DNA of 64,000 nt from Octopus vulgaris (GCA_951406725.2 OX597816.1:125860001-125924000); one strand, 5' to 3'; counted from the first letter of the stretch, positions 14,291 through 28,010 are shown. Numbers and translations: made by a program. Notes: a model not told the origin generated them from the letters alone.

Positions 14291-17200
14291 ATTTACAATT
14301 CCTTAACTCAACCACTGTTTCAGGAATCTCAAGAGTTATGTAATAATCATAATAGTCATAATTTGCAGATGAAATATGCAAAAAGGCTATGGATATGCAA
14401 CCAGTAACCTGTTACATGGAGATAGTACAAGTCCAGTTCCTTTAGCAAAAGTGCTTCATATAGTAGTGTTAGCAGATATAAATGGTTGGAAGGAAGAGAG
14501 GAAAAAGAACAAAAGGCAGGGAGAGGAAAGAGAATTGCAATGACATAGGAATGAAGGAGCAGAGGTACAACAGAAGAAATAAAAGGTAGGGAGAGCTAGG
14601 AAGAATTCTTTGACATAGGAAGGAAGGAACATAGAGCAAGAAGGGGAGAAAATAAAGTTAGCCCAGTAAAAGCAAAAGCCACTGGCTGTCTATGTAGGCT
14701 GTCTAAGTAGGCAATAAATCAGTTTTAGATAGCAGCTGACCAGACAGAAAAACAGAAAGATATAAGTAATGAAGGCCTTGCTCTGAATGAAGAACTTGGA
14801 GCTTAAGTTCAAATTCATTTGAGCACTACATGTTTTCTATACTGAGCATAACTAGATCTCACCCATTGTCTGTGTACATGCGAGCACACACACGATCTGG
14901 TGTCTTACATTTTCCATTAGACCCAAGCTACAAGAGAAGACACTTAACTAAAGTATCACACGTGCATAGGGTGGGACTAAACTTGAACTCATATAGTTGT
15001 GAAGCAAACTTTCTAACCATATAGCCATTCCAGTTACACACAAACACACATGTGCGTAAACCAAGCATCATCACTATATCTGACATCTATGTCTTTTTAA
15101 TACCTTACACGCCCCATCACTTCATTTCTAATAAACTTTTCTTTCATATTTTCAACGCATATTTAATGACATTCCTTTAGAATTGCTGTAAATATTTTGT
15201 ATACACAAACATGTTTACATACATACATAAACATAAGCTACACCAAAATAAAGGAAAAGAAATATACCCATTTTGTGTTCCATTCCACACTTACAAAAAC
15301 ACTGGTTCAAAGTGGTATCTCTTTCTATCTCTTCTCTGTCACATTTCCATTTTCTTTATTGTGTGTGAAATTAATAACCATATTATTGCATTGTATACAT
15401 TTTTCCTTTTGTAAATTGAAATGCATGTGAGAATGCATGTATGACTATGAGCATATAAATGTATTCTTAGTACAATAATTATGCTGTTATTTTTCTAAGC
15501 AGACCCATTTCTACACAGATAATATTCCTTGATTTCTCCTGTACCTTTCTACTCACAGCTAGCATTGATATGCAACGTAGACATTCACTATCTTGATAAA
15601 TAGACCTTGAATACATTTTAGAATGAACATATAATCTGCTTCAAGAGTAGAAGGATGGAATCAGTACATAAATGAAAGAAAAATTTTAAGACTACAACCC
15701 CTTTATGCACAAAGATCATGTAAGTAAAACCCTAAAAATCAATTGCTACTAGTTTTGAAAATTTCTTATTTTTCATGGTAATCTCATATATATAAAATAA
15801 CCAAAGAAACAGATTTCAATTTCAAAGTCATGACCATCCATAAAATTGATTGTGACTCACATCAATTTATTGCTAACACATCTGGAATTTTTCTGGTGTC
15901 ACATATATAAACTTCCAGAATTACACTCCAAAAGCCCATTCAGATTATCTTTTAACTCACAAGACATATTCTCCTGTGTCTTCTATGGCTACTACAAAGC
16001 TTACACATCACATGCCAAGTTTGCTCAATATACATGTTTTTACCCAATATTATGCTTATCATTTCATTCATCAAACTCATTCTGTAAAGATACTTGTGAT
16101 ATACATTTTTGAACATTTCTTTTAGACAGGCAATACATGGTAATTGTAATCATATACATGTACGTATATGAAATGTGTGCAGTTATGAAAAAAAGTTTCC
16201 AATACAATAATTTACATATCTTCATACAATCCATCACTTGCAAATCTCAATTTCCAATAATTCCAAATGCAAATTAACTGTCTGTGACTAACGCATTGCA
16301 AGAATTCAGTTTGATCTTTGCAAATCTTTTCCATTACAAGATCAAGCAGTAATGTTGGAACAGAGGAAAAACATTGGTTCTAAGCTAAATATGTTCAAAT
16401 TTGCTGCTTGCTTTGCATACAACTCCACACTGCACACACCGGATGTATCTCTTCCACAACTGTGACTTTTCCTTCTCTACAAGCCAACATAACACACACA
16501 AGTGTGAAAGCACCTCCAGTTACTGTAAACAAATAAGGCCACCAATACTGACCATGTCCCTTTATCCTCAAACAAACAACACACACCAAATTCTACAATG
16601 TCTCTTTAAAAATAGAACTCGATTTTTTGAAAACTTGCTATGGTGTGTCCCATTCCTAAAATAAGCAAACTACTTGGACTCCACTAACTATTATCCCATC
16701 ATACTCATTTTGGAGAAATATGAACAGTTTTTTCACATTGAATCTATCTCTCTTCTTTGAGACCATCACAATGGCATTCATAAAACAAGACTTATTGGAC
16801 ACCTACTCTCCTATGTTATTCAATATTGGACTCTTGCTCAAGAGAAATTTAGTGAAAGCAGTCTTCTTGCTGTTAACAACAATAGAACTTTCAATTATGT
16901 CTGATGCATAAATAATGCAAAACTATTTATTGTGGGCTCCACCTGCCTCATTCTCTTGGATTGGTTGTTTCTAGCCAGATTGCAATATCATGATATATGC
17001 TAATGGTGCTTCGATGCACATTTTACTAATTCTGTCACTCTTCCTCCTATATCAACAACTTACTTGTCAGTTTCCAGAATATCTCGTCCTTCACCTGGAA
17101 CAGTGTTACTGCTGCTATATGTCACAGGCATTGAAGAAACACAGGCCACTTGACTAACTAGCATGAAGTTGTTCATGAAGAGGCTCAAACTTCTGTCTTA

Positions 17201-17390
17201 CAGACATGCTGTCTCCTATCTCAGTTATACTAGTGCTAAACAGCAACGCCAATGACACTAAAAGTCACACTAAGCAAAACTGGTCTACTCATGTGCACTA
17301 TCCAAAACACCACATGCATTACATAGGTCAAGGCTAAAAATTTTAACAAAACATGAAAAAGGGGAAACTGTTTATGTGTATATATATAAA

Positions 17391-17435
<45 letters not shown>

Positions 17436-17461
17436 GAATATACATATATATGTGTATATAC

Positions 17462-17498
<37 letters not shown>

Positions 17499-17636
17499 TA
17501 TACATATATATGTGTATATACATGTATATATATATATATATATATATGAATATACATATATATGTGTATATACATGTATATATATGTATATATATATATA
17601 CATGTATATGTATATATATGAATATATAGGTATATA

Positions 17637-19266
17637 CAGCAGCGGCCAAAATGTTCAGAACGGCATTGTTTTCATAAGAAAAGTAGATATAATTTTTTAT
17701 CAAAGTTGTTTTATATTCTATAATTTTCACAGACAATAAATACGATATTATTTGTTATTGCCTGAGATTTTGGTGTAATTTGAGAGGATAATACAAAAGT
17801 TATGGATGATTTAGTGATTTACTGCAAAACCCATGGCGGCCAAAATGATCAGAACGGTTGCTTTTACTCCGTGTTTTAGTATATTTAACCGGCGAACTCT
17901 AATGTTTTGAATTTGTTTACGTAATGGTTCGTTTACTAAACATTAGTAAGAATATTTGCAGTGTACTTTGTTAATATAATGCCATTTACTCCATTACCAA
18001 TTCGTCAGCAGGTTATTAAGCTTCGAAGGAAGGATAATTTAAGTATTGGATCTATTGCAAAGATTGTTAACAAGTCAAAAAGTGTTGTACACGGTATTCT
18101 TAAGGTCTATGATGATTGTGGTTCATGTGAAGCAAGAAAGTTTACAGGTAGGCCAAGAAAAACGACCAAGAGAGAAGATCGTGCTATGGTAAAGTTGGTT
18201 AAAAGGGACAGATTTAAAACTGCTGCTGCTGTTTCTCAGAAAATGAGCATTGTATTGAAGAAAACTTTATCTCGAAATACTGTGTCTCGTCGTTTAGTTG
18301 AACATGACCTACAAGCAAGAGCACCTGCAGTGAAGCCACTGATCAGCTCCAAGAATAAAAAGTGTCATCTTACCTATGCAACCGAACATGTGTTGTGGTC
18401 TCAAGAAAAATGGCAAACGGTGCATTTCAGTGATGAATCTAAGTTTATGTTATTTGGCTCAGATGGGAAAAAGTACATTCGTAGAAAAGTAGGTGAAAAA
18501 TTGTCGCCTAAATGCCTTAAGACTAGTGTTAAATTCGGTGGAGGAAGTGTCATGGTTTGGGGGATTGATATTTGGAGATGGTGTGGGCACTTTGGTGTGA
18601 TTACATGGAAAGGTAAATGCAGGAGTTTATAAATAACTTGTAAAAGATCATGTCTTGCCTGTGCTGAGAAATTCAACTAAGCGACCACCCATATTCATGC
18701 AGGACAATGCCCCATGTCACAAGGCTAAGGTGGTCATGAACTTCCTCAAGGCTGAAAAGGTTATTGTTATGGATTGGCCTGCTCAAAGCCCAGATCTCAA
18801 TCCTATTGAAAATGTATAGAATATTCTAGGAGAACGTTTGAAAGCCAGAAATCCTAAAACAACCGAGTAATTATGGAATGCCCTTCAGGAAGAATGGAAT
18901 AAGATCACCCAGCAAGAAATTGAAAATTTAATTTCCTCATGCAGTCGAAGATGTCAGAGTGTGATTGAAGCTAAAGGGCTTCACACTAAATATTAAATAA
19001 TTCCAGTATTCTCTGTCATTTTTGATTATTTTGTTATTTTTTCAACCGTTTTGATCATTTTGGCCGCCATGGGTTTTGCAGTAAATCACTAAATCATCCA
19101 TAACTTTTGTATTATCCTCTCAAATTACACCAAATTCTCAGACAATAACAAGTAATATTGTATTTATTGTCTGTGAAAAGTATAGAATACAAAACTACTT
19201 TGATAAAAACTTATACTTACTTTTCTGACGAAAACAATGCCATTCTGAACATTTTGGCCGCAACTG
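17637..19266 (+). mobile_element. Full-length Tc1 transposon with 224-bp IR/DR terminal inverted repeats and TA target duplication
   Basis: TIRs 17637-17860 and 19043-19266, TA flanks, internal direct repeats GCGGCCAAAATG(T/A)TCAGAACGG at both ends of each TIR. Confidence 0.97.
17979..18996 (+). pseudogene. Tc1 DD34E transposase (frameshift near 18565 plus in-frame stops)
   Basis: Paired-like HTH, GRPRK, FSDESKF, GGGSVMVWG, QDNAPCHKA..WPAQSPDLNPIE (34 residues between D and E), ends GLHTKY*. Confidence 0.95.
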
Positions 19267-19304
19267 TATATACATATATATATGTATGTACATGTATATA
19301 TATA

Positions 19305-19620
19305 TCATCATCATCATCATTTAGCGTCCGTTTTCCATGCTAGCATGGGTTGGACGGTTCAACTGGGGTCGGTGAAGCTGGAAGGCTTCATCAGGCCCAG
19401 TCAGATCTGGCAGTGTTTCTACGGCTGGATGCCCTTCCTAACGCCAACCACTCCGTGAGTGTAGTGGGTGCTTTTTACGTGCCACCCGCACAGGTGCCAG
19501 ACAGAGCTGGCAAACGGCCACGAACGGATGGTGCTTTTACGTGTCACCGGCACGGGGGCCAGGCGAGGCTGGCAACGGACACGAACGGATGGTGCTTTTA
19601 CGTGCCACCAACACGGGGGA
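19305..19620 (-). mobile_element. 5'-truncated RTE LINE 3' UTR with (GAT)n tail
   Basis: (CAT)n-TTTAGCGTCCGTTTTCCATGCTAGCATGGGTTGGACGG; near-identical to 23563-23850. Confidence 0.9.
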
Positions 19621-19637
19621 TGCATACATATGTATGT

Positions 19638-19668
<31 letters not shown>

Positions 19669-20170
19669 CATACATACATATGTATATATATATATATGCA
19701 TACATACATATGTATATATATATATATGCATACATACATATGTATATATATATATATGCATACATACATATGTATATATATATATATGCATACATACATA
19801 TGTATATATATATATATGCATACATACATATGTGTATATATATATATATTCATACATATGTATATATATATATATGCATACATATGTATATATATATATA
19901 TGCATACATATGTATATATATATATATGCATACATATGTATATATATATATATGCATACATATGTATATATATATATATATATGCATACATATGTATATA
20001 TATATATATGCATACATATGTATATATATATATATGCATACATATGTATATATATATATATATGCATACATATGTATATATATATATATATATATATGCA
20101 TACATATGTATATATATATATATGCATACATATGTATATATATATATATACATGTATATATATGTATATG
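19621..20170. repeat. Compound minisatellite, ~26-30-bp unit TGCATACAT(ACAT)ATG(TA)n
   Basis: Regularly spaced TGCATACA units; the 30-bp period is exact over 19667-19830. Confidence 0.9.
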
Positions 20171-20186
20171 TACATATATGTATAAA

Positions 20187-21598
20187 CTGGCTGGTGTACC
20201 CAGTAATTCCCAAGGGTAAAGATGTTATATTGAAACACCTTATTGCTCTGATATAATTTTGGTATAACTTTTGCTATAACTGCCTCAAAAGGTGTATTTT
20301 CTGTCACGAAAAAGTACAAAAACTCTCAGCAGGAGGAGGGAGAGATTGTATGTATATAAATATATGAAGTGTTTGAAGAAAGTGCAATAATAACGCTCAC
20401 ACTCACTGATGCTTGCCCTCAGTAACTGCCTTTAGCTTACGGAGTTCTTGTTTTTATAACTATCAAAAAGCAGCCAGAAAGATAGACATATTGTTGAGAA
20501 CAAATGATTTCGTTGGTTACTTGAAGTAGGGGCAATAATAATGTACACACTCACTGATAGTCGCTCTCAGTAACTGCCTTTAGCTTACAGACTTCTTGTT
20601 TTCATAACTATCGGAAAGCAGCCAGACGGATAGACATATTGTCGAGAACAAATGATTTCGTTGGAGGTCTGTTATCTCCATTCCAGCCCTTGGTGGCCTA
20701 GAAGAGATTACAAGGATCAAGTAGCAAAGACATTATTCTGCTCAGCGAAGGCATGTATTACTGCTGTCATTCACAGAAAAACCATTGTTTTACTGTGAGA
20801 AAAACGCTGTTGAAATGTTAAGTGAAATTTGGCAATCGAGGATTGAATCCATGATATGCCTGCATGAAGCCACTACAAATACACTGTGAAACAAAAAAAA
20901 ATTATCTACTGTCATGGAAAACATGTAACTGTAAAAATGCAAAATTATCGGAGTAATGGGCATTCAAAAAAGTTTGTATGTATAGAAATGTATCAATGAA
21001 GTCTTGAATGTTTAAGGTTCAAATTAAGGAAGTACAATAATAATGTTTAGTAGTTCAAAACTGTGAGTAGCGAAATGCACTAATAGGTCAGCTGATAATG
21101 AGAATCAAATATTGATTGCTTCGCTAAAAACTGCAGGTGGTATGGGTTATTTCCCTTGGGTTGTTTCAATAAAATATTAGTAATATGTAGTAGATAGAAG
21201 GATCCATTGGAGGGGCCCTATTATCGATATTTTTCAACAATCAGTGTGTCAAAGTATAAAAGTGATATTGTCTGCAAAAATTAGAAGTTTGACACACAAA
21301 AAAATCAATATTCAAAGTAATCGAACATAGACAATGAAATGGGTTATTACCCTTGAGTGTTTAAAAAAATATTGTGCAGGTGCTATGGGTTATTTCCCTT
21401 GGGTGTAAAAATACTGAGTTATAATAATACTGCCAGGGGCTGTATTATCGATTTTTTACAAAAATTTAAGTATGCCACCAGGTTTCCAGACATGAGTTCT
21501 ACTTACGTGTCAAGTTTCATCAAAATCAATAAAATGGTGTAGGAGGTGTTAGCTAACAATGTCACAAACACACACCAAATTTCCACATATGTAGTGGA
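20187..21598 (-). mobile_element. Probable old non-autonomous Helitron
   Basis: Minus-strand 5' A|TC at 21598 followed by a short GT-rich tract. CAAGTTTCATCA motif shared with 45304-45684. 3' hairpin-like CCCTTGGGAATTACTGGG then CCAG|T (decayed CTAG). Internal ~149-bp tandem duplication at 20370-20665. Confidence 0.55.
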
Positions 21599-21755
21599 TA
21601 TTTATATATATGTATATATCTATCTATATATATATATATATATACATGTGTATATATATATGTAGATGTATATATATACGTATGTATGTATATAAATGTA
21701 TACATATATGTATATATATAAATATAAGTATATATGTGTGTGTATATATATATAT

Positions 21756-23160
21756 ATCATCATTGTTTAATGTCCATTTTTCCATGCTGGCATGGGTTGG
21801 ACGGTTTGACTGGGGAGTGGCAAGCCAGGTTCCAATCTGATCTGGCAATGTTTCTACAGCTGGATGCCCTTCCTGATGCCAACCACTCCGAGAGTGTAGT
21901 GTGTGCTTTTTATGTGCAACTGGCATGTGAGCCAGTCAGGTGGTACTGGCATTGGCTACATTCGGAAGGTGCTCTTTAAGTGTCACCGGCACATGAGCCA
22001 GTCAGGGCAGGGAAGCTGGTACTGACCATGTTTGGATGGTGCTTTTTACATGTTACTGGCACAGGGAACCAGTCAGGCGGCTCTCGCAGTGATCCACGCA
22101 TGAATGGTGCTTACTGCATGCCACTAACAATGGTATCGGCCACAACTACAATTTCCATTTGATTGTGATTTGATTTGGTTTTGATTTACTTGACTCAATA
22201 GGTCTCCTCAAGCACAGCATGTCACCCAACAATTCAAAGGTACTTTTTAAATAGGCTGGTTATGCAACACTGATGTAGGCTAAGGCTGTGATCTCACTTC
22301 CCTTGTTGGGTCTTCTCAATCACAGCATATCTCCAGAGGTCTCAGTCTTTCGTCATTGCCTCTGTGAGGCCCAACATTCACAGTCATGCTTGACCACCTC
22401 ATCCCATGTCTTCCTGGGTCTCCCACTTCCACTGTTAGGGAGTGACACTTCTTCACACAGCTCTCCTCATCCATATGTAGCACATGACCATACCAGCACA
22501 GTAGTCTCCCTTGCACTAATCTGATGCTTCTTTATGTCCAAACATTTCTCTCAAGGTGCTTACCCTCTGTCATGTGTACACACTGACATTACACATCCAG
22601 CGGATCATAGTAGCTTCATTTCTTTTGAGCCTACGCATGTCTTCAGCTGCTATGACCCATGTTTCACTGCTGTATAGCATGGCAGTTCGTAAACATGCAT
22701 CGTACAACCTACCTTTCACTCTGAGCAAGAGGCCCTTTGTCACCAGTAGAGGTAGGAGCTTTCTGAACTTTGCCTGGGCTATTCTTATTCTAGTGGCAAT
22801 GCTCTCTGAGCATCCAGCCCCACATCAGAAATGGTCACATAAGTAGAGAAAGCTATCAACTTCTTCTAGTTTCTCCCCCTGGCATGTGATGGAATCAGTT
22901 TTCTGAACATCTGCAGTATTTATAGCCCCTGTGCATCTGCTGCACACAAAAGCTTTCTTCCTGGTTGACCTTCCTTTGATGTTGCTGCACCTCTTATGCA
23001 TTCATAGCTTACACTGGGTACATTTTATATTGTTTCAACCTACACCTTTTCTACAGATTGAGCAAGGTCATCTACATGAAGGGGTTTGTGATGTGTTCAC
23101 CTTCTTACTTACTAGGACTTTGGGTTTTGCAACATTTACTCTCAAGGCCCTTCGATTCTA
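21756..23160 (-). mobile_element. 5'-truncated RTE LINE (RT C-terminus + 3' UTR), disrupted
   Basis: LESKGL.., C4HC3 finger, RIRIAQAKFRKLLPLL, WYGHVLHMDEESCVKKC; homologous to 26636-28010. Confidence 0.9.
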
Positions 23161-23207
23161 AATGTATGTATACACATATACATATATATGTGTAAATATA
23201 TATATGC

Positions 23208-23245
<38 letters not shown>

Positions 23246-23562
23246 ATGTGTATAATGTATGTATGTGTGTGTGTGTGTGTATATATATATTTTTTCTAGG
23301 CCTATATATATAAATATATATACATACATAGATATATATGCATGTATATTTACCTAACGATCACTCAGAAAGTGACCGGACTTTACCAGGAGTAAATCAT
23401 TCATTTTATTATCCATTATACATATATATATATATATATATACATATATACATACATACATATACGCACACACATATACATACATATACACACACACATA
23501 TATATACATACATATACACACACACATATATATACATATATATATATGTCAAAACATATATC

Positions 23563-24540
23563 ATCACCATCATCATCATCATCGTTTAGCGTCCGTTTTC
23601 CATGCTAGCATGGGTTGGACGGTTCTACTGGGGTCTGTGAAGCCAGAAGGCTTCATCAGGCCCAGACAAATCTGGCAGTGTTTCTACGGCTGGATGCCCT
23701 TCCTAACGCCAACCACTCCGTGAGTGTAGTGGGTGCTTTTTACGTGCCACCCGCACTGGCGCCAGACAGAGCTGGCAAACGGCCACGAACGGATGGTGCT
23801 TTTTATGTGCCACCGGCACGAGGGCCAGGCGAGGCTGGCAACGGACACGAAACGGGGCGGTGCTGGCAACGGTCGCGAAACGGAAAGTTCTCTTACATGC
23901 CACCGGCACTGGTAACACATCTGCAATTTCCATTGATCGATTTCGATTCTGATCGTCACTTGCCTCAACGGGTCTTCACAAGCAGAGTTTTGACATGCCA
24001 CCGGCACTGGTAGCACATCCGCAATTTCCATTGATCGATTTCGATTCTGATCCTCACTTGCCTCATCACGTCTTCACAAGTAGAGTTTTGTGTCCCAAGA
24101 AGGGAAGGTATGCATACGTAGGCTGGCTCCATCCCATGTAGAAGGCCACGGGTTATGGACTCACTTGTCCTGCCGGGTCTTCTCGCACACAGCACACTTC
24201 CAGAGGTCTCGGTCTCTAGTCATTTCCTCAGTGAGACCTAAAGTTCGAAGGTCGTGCTTCACCACCTCGTCCCAGGTTTTCCTGGGTCTGCCTCTTCCAC
24301 AGGTTCCCTCAACCGCTAGGGTGTGGCACTTTTTCACACAACTATCTTCATCCATTCTCGCCACATGACCATACCAGCGCAAACGTCTCTCTTGCACACC
24401 ACAACTGATGCTTCTTAGGTCCAGCTTTACTCTCAAGGTACTTACACTCTGCCGAGTGTGAGTACCGGCATTACACATCCAAGCTTTACTTTCAAGGTAC
24501 TTACACTCTGCCGAGTGTGAGTACCGGCATTACACATCCA
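23563..24540 (-). mobile_element. 5'-truncated RTE LINE with a tandem duplication at its 5' junction
   Basis: ORF 24161-24478 RRLRWYGHVARMDEDSCVKKC..GRGRPRKTW; (GAT)n tail; 59-bp unit repeated at 24423 and 24482. Confidence 0.92.
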
Positions 24541-24556
24541 TTATATATATATACAG

Positions 24557-24956
24557 TTTTTTTTTTTACTTGTTTCAGTCATTTTGACTGCGGCCATGCT
24601 GGAGCACTGCCTTTAGTTAAGCAAATCGACCCCGGGACTTATTCTTTGTAAGCCCAGTACTTATTCTATCGGTCTCTTTTGCCGAACCGCTAAGTGACGG
24701 GGACGTAAACACACCAGCATCGGTTGTCAAGCAATGCTAGGGGGACAAACACAGACACACAAACACATACCTTTATATATATATACATATATACGATGGG
24801 CTTCTTTCAGTTTCCGTCTACCAAATCCACTCACAAGGCATTGGTCGGCCCGGGTCTATAACAGAAGACACTTGCCCAAGGTGCCACGCAGTGGGACTGA
24901 ACCCGGAACCATGTGGTTGGTTAGCAAGCTACTTACCATACAGCCACTCCTGCGCC
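24557..24956 (-). mobile_element. Full-length, young tRNA-derived SINE with CR1-type tail
   Basis: 5' GGCGCAGGAGTGGCTGTATGGTAAG, B-box GGTTCAGTCCC, TTGGGCAAGTGTCTT core, tail CCAGCATGGCCGCAGTCAAAATGACTGAAACAAGT(A)n. Confidence 0.92.
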
Positions 24957-24991
24957 TATGTATACATATATATATATATATTTACATATAT

Positions 24992-25360
24992 GTGGAGGTT
25001 GAATTGCCCAGTGTTAATGCAGCAGAGTCATGGTCTTAGGATAGCAGTTTCAATTCCCTGCCAGGGCACTGTGAGCGTTTATTAACCAAAAACACCTAAA
25101 GCACCAGCAGGCTCCGGTGAACCCTGCTGTACTCTTTCACCACAACTGTCTCTCACCCTCTCGTCTTGCTGCTCTTGTACCTGTATTTCAAAGAGCCAGC
25201 CTTTTCACACTCTGTGTCACGCTGAATCTCCCTGAGAACTATGTGAATGGTATATGTGGATTTGAAGTGCTCAGCCATTTGCACGTTAATTTCATGAGCA
25301 AGCTGTTCCACTGATCAGATCTACTAGGTTCCCTCGTTGTCATAACCGATGGAGTACCAC
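24992..25360 (+). mobile_element. tRNA-derived SINE (second family)
   Basis: GTGGAGG..GCCCAGTG head and CCCTGCTGTACTCTTTCACCACAACT..CTCTCAC body shared with 38412-38713, but a different tail. Confidence 0.75.
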
Positions 25361-25399
25361 GATATACAAATATATACACGCATATATATATATTTTTTT

Positions 25400-25972
25400 T
25401 TTCTCTCTAGTTTCAGCTCAGAGCTGTGACCATGATGATGCACTGTTATTACTAAGAGCCTCCTCTAATATGTAGCACCTGGTGAAGAGTGGAGTTTGAT
25501 ATAGTTACCCTCACTTGCACCTCTCACTGTGAGGTAGGTTCATCTGGAACTCTCAACAGGAGGAGGTCAGCTTTGATTTAAAAATCCCTACATCTACTTT
25601 GTGCAAGTTCCTCAGACTCTTTGGGAGAATATTAAAAAGCTCTGGGCTCTTGAATCCCAGGCTGTTGCAGTAACTGGTCCTGAAGCATGATGGCATTGCT
25701 GGAATCTTTGGCACAATGCAGTGTCGTCCTGTTCTGGCATTGGTGTAGCTTTCAATGCCAAAATTTGGTACAATTCCTGCCAGGGTCTTCCAGATATATA
25801 TTACTGCATAGCTCTCCCGTCTTCTATCCAGGTAGTAGAGTCTTAGCAGTTTCAACCTTTCCCAGGAGCTGAGTTGTAGCAAAGAGACAATGTTCTTTGT
25901 GAAAAATCTCTGGATTGCCTCAAGGTCAGCTGTTAACTTCAGAGTGGTGAGTGACCATAGCTGTGAGCAGTA
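25400..25972 (-). mobile_element. 5'-truncated CR1-type LINE 3' fragment
   Basis: ORF 25553-25882 SWERLKLLRLY..IYIWK..VPNFG is homologous to the C-terminus at 31850-32200; tail CAGCTCTGAGCTGAAAC. Confidence 0.9.
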
Positions 25973-26020
25973 ATATATATACGTATATCTAACTATCTAT
26001 ATATATACGTGTGTGTGTGA

Positions 26021-26279
26021 GTGGAGGCACATAGCTTAGTGGTCAGGGTGTTAGCATCATGATTGTAAGATTGTGCTTTCGATTCCTGGACCAGGCGACA
26101 CGTTGTGTTCTTGAGCAAAACACTTCATCTCACGTTGCTCCAGTCCGCTCAGCTGGCAAAAATGAGTAACGCTGCAATGGACTGGCGTCCCGTCCAGCTT
26201 GGGAACACATACACCATTAAAACCAGGAAACCGGGCCCATGAGCCTAGTTAGGCTTTAAAAAGAGTGCATTTATTATTC

Positions 26280-26280
<1 letters not shown>
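26021..26280 (+). mobile_element. tRNA-derived SINE with V/Meta-like central domain
   Basis: Head GTGGAGGC..TAGTGGTCAGG, TTCGATTCC B-box, TTGAGCAAAACACTT, CTGCAATGGACTGGCGTCCCGTCCAG. Confidence 0.75.
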
Positions 26281-26324
<44 letters not shown>

Positions 26325-26413
26325 GCATATACATATATATACACATATATATATATACATGCATATACATATATACATACATATACATATATACATACAT
26401 ATACATATATACA

Positions 26414-26444
<31 letters not shown>

Positions 26445-26588
26445 ACATATATACATACATATAGACATATATATATATATATATATACATATATACATAC
26501 ATATAGACATATATATATATATATATATACATATACATACACATATATATATATACATGCATATAGATATATACATACATACATATAG

Positions 26589-26619
<31 letters not shown>

Positions 26620-26635
26620 CATACATATAGACATA

Positions 26636-28010
26636 TATGCCGATGACCTAGCTCTCATAGCAGAATCACTACCGGAACTAGAAGAGAAATTTCGGGTATG
26701 GAAGCAAGGGTTGGAATCAAAGGGCCTTAGAATAAATGTAGCAAAGACCAAAGTATTAGTAAGCAGCAAGAGGTACTCAACACACATCCCCTCGGGTAGG
26801 TGGCCCTGCTCAACCTGTAGGAAAGGTACAGGTAGAAACTCCATAAGATGCACCCAATGTAAGTTATGGACACATAAGAGGTGCAGCAACATTAAAGGGA
26901 AATTAACAGATAAGATAGCTTACATGTGCGGCAGATGCACAGGGACAATAGACACAACAGACACTCAGAAAACAGATTCCATCACACTCCAGGGAGAGAA
27001 ACTAGAAGTAGTTGATAGTTTCCGCTACCTGGGAGACCAAGTTAGTAGCGGAGGTGGATGCACAGAGAGTATCACCACTAGAATACGAATAGCCTGGGCA
27101 AAGTTCAGAAAGCTCCTACCCCTACTGGCAACAAAAGGCCTCTCCCTCAGAGCAAAAGGTAGATTATATGATGCATGTGTGCGAACTGCCATGCTTCACG
27201 GTAATGAAACATGGGCTGTGACTGCAGAAGACATGCGTAGACTTGAAAGAAATGAAGCTAGCATGATCCGCTGGATGTGTAGTGTCAGTGTGCACGCAAA
27301 ACAGAGTGTAAGTATCCTGAGAGAAATGCTGGATATAAGAAGCATCAGATGTGGTGTGCAAGAGCGACGCTTGCGATGGTATGGTCATGTGCTGCGGATG
27401 GATGAAGAGAGATGTGTGAAGAAGTGCCACTCCCAAACAGTTGAAGGTATCAGGGGAGAGGTAGACCTAGGAAGACATGGGATGAGGTGGTCAAGCATGA
27501 CCTCAGAGCATTGGGCCTCACTGAGGCAATGGCGAAGGACCGAGATCTCTGGAGATATGCTGTGACTACAAAGACCCGGGCTGCTTTCTGCAGCAATTCC
27601 ACACCCCCTACCCATTCTAAGTACCCCCCTACCCATTCTAAGTACCCCCCTACCCATTCTAAGTACCCCGGATCCCCAAAGTACCCCGGATCCCCAAAGT
27701 ACCCTGGATCCCCAAAATACCCCGATCCCCAAAGTACCCCGGACCTCGTTGCCCCCGTGCCGCTGACACGTTAAAATGCTCGAATCCGATCGTGACGATG
27801 CCGGACCCTCCGGCCCCTGTGCAGGTGGCACGTAAAAAGCACCCAATCCACTCACGGAGTGGTTGGCGTTAGGAAGGGCATCCAGCCGTAGAAACTCTGC
27901 CAGATTCAGACTGGAGCCTGGAGCGGCCCATGGCTTCCCAGACACGGTCAAACCGTCCAACCCGTGCTAGCGCGGAAAGCGGACGTTAAACGATGATGAT
28001 GATGATGATG
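26636..28010 (+). mobile_element. 5'-truncated RTE LINE starting exactly at YADD
   Basis: [24 protein letters not shown]-like finger..FRYLG..RRLRWYGHV; frameshift near 27455; 21-bp and 18-bp tandem repeats at 27603-27745; (GAT)n tail. Confidence 0.95.

Noticed and set aside
16300-17240. Host exon (GTAAGT donor at ~17058-17063 on minus) or transposase remnant
   Set aside because: Acceptor ambiguous, no recognisable protein, and motif spacing does not fit a known transposase
19621-20170. Regular ~30-bp repeats as a CRISPR-like array
   Set aside because: No unique spacers, no cas genes, eukaryotic context; a compound minisatellite
24890-24956. tRNA gene (also at 13900, 26021, 38640-38713, 39100-39188)
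   Set aside because: A/B boxes are present but continue into SINE cores and tails; no complete cloverleaf seen
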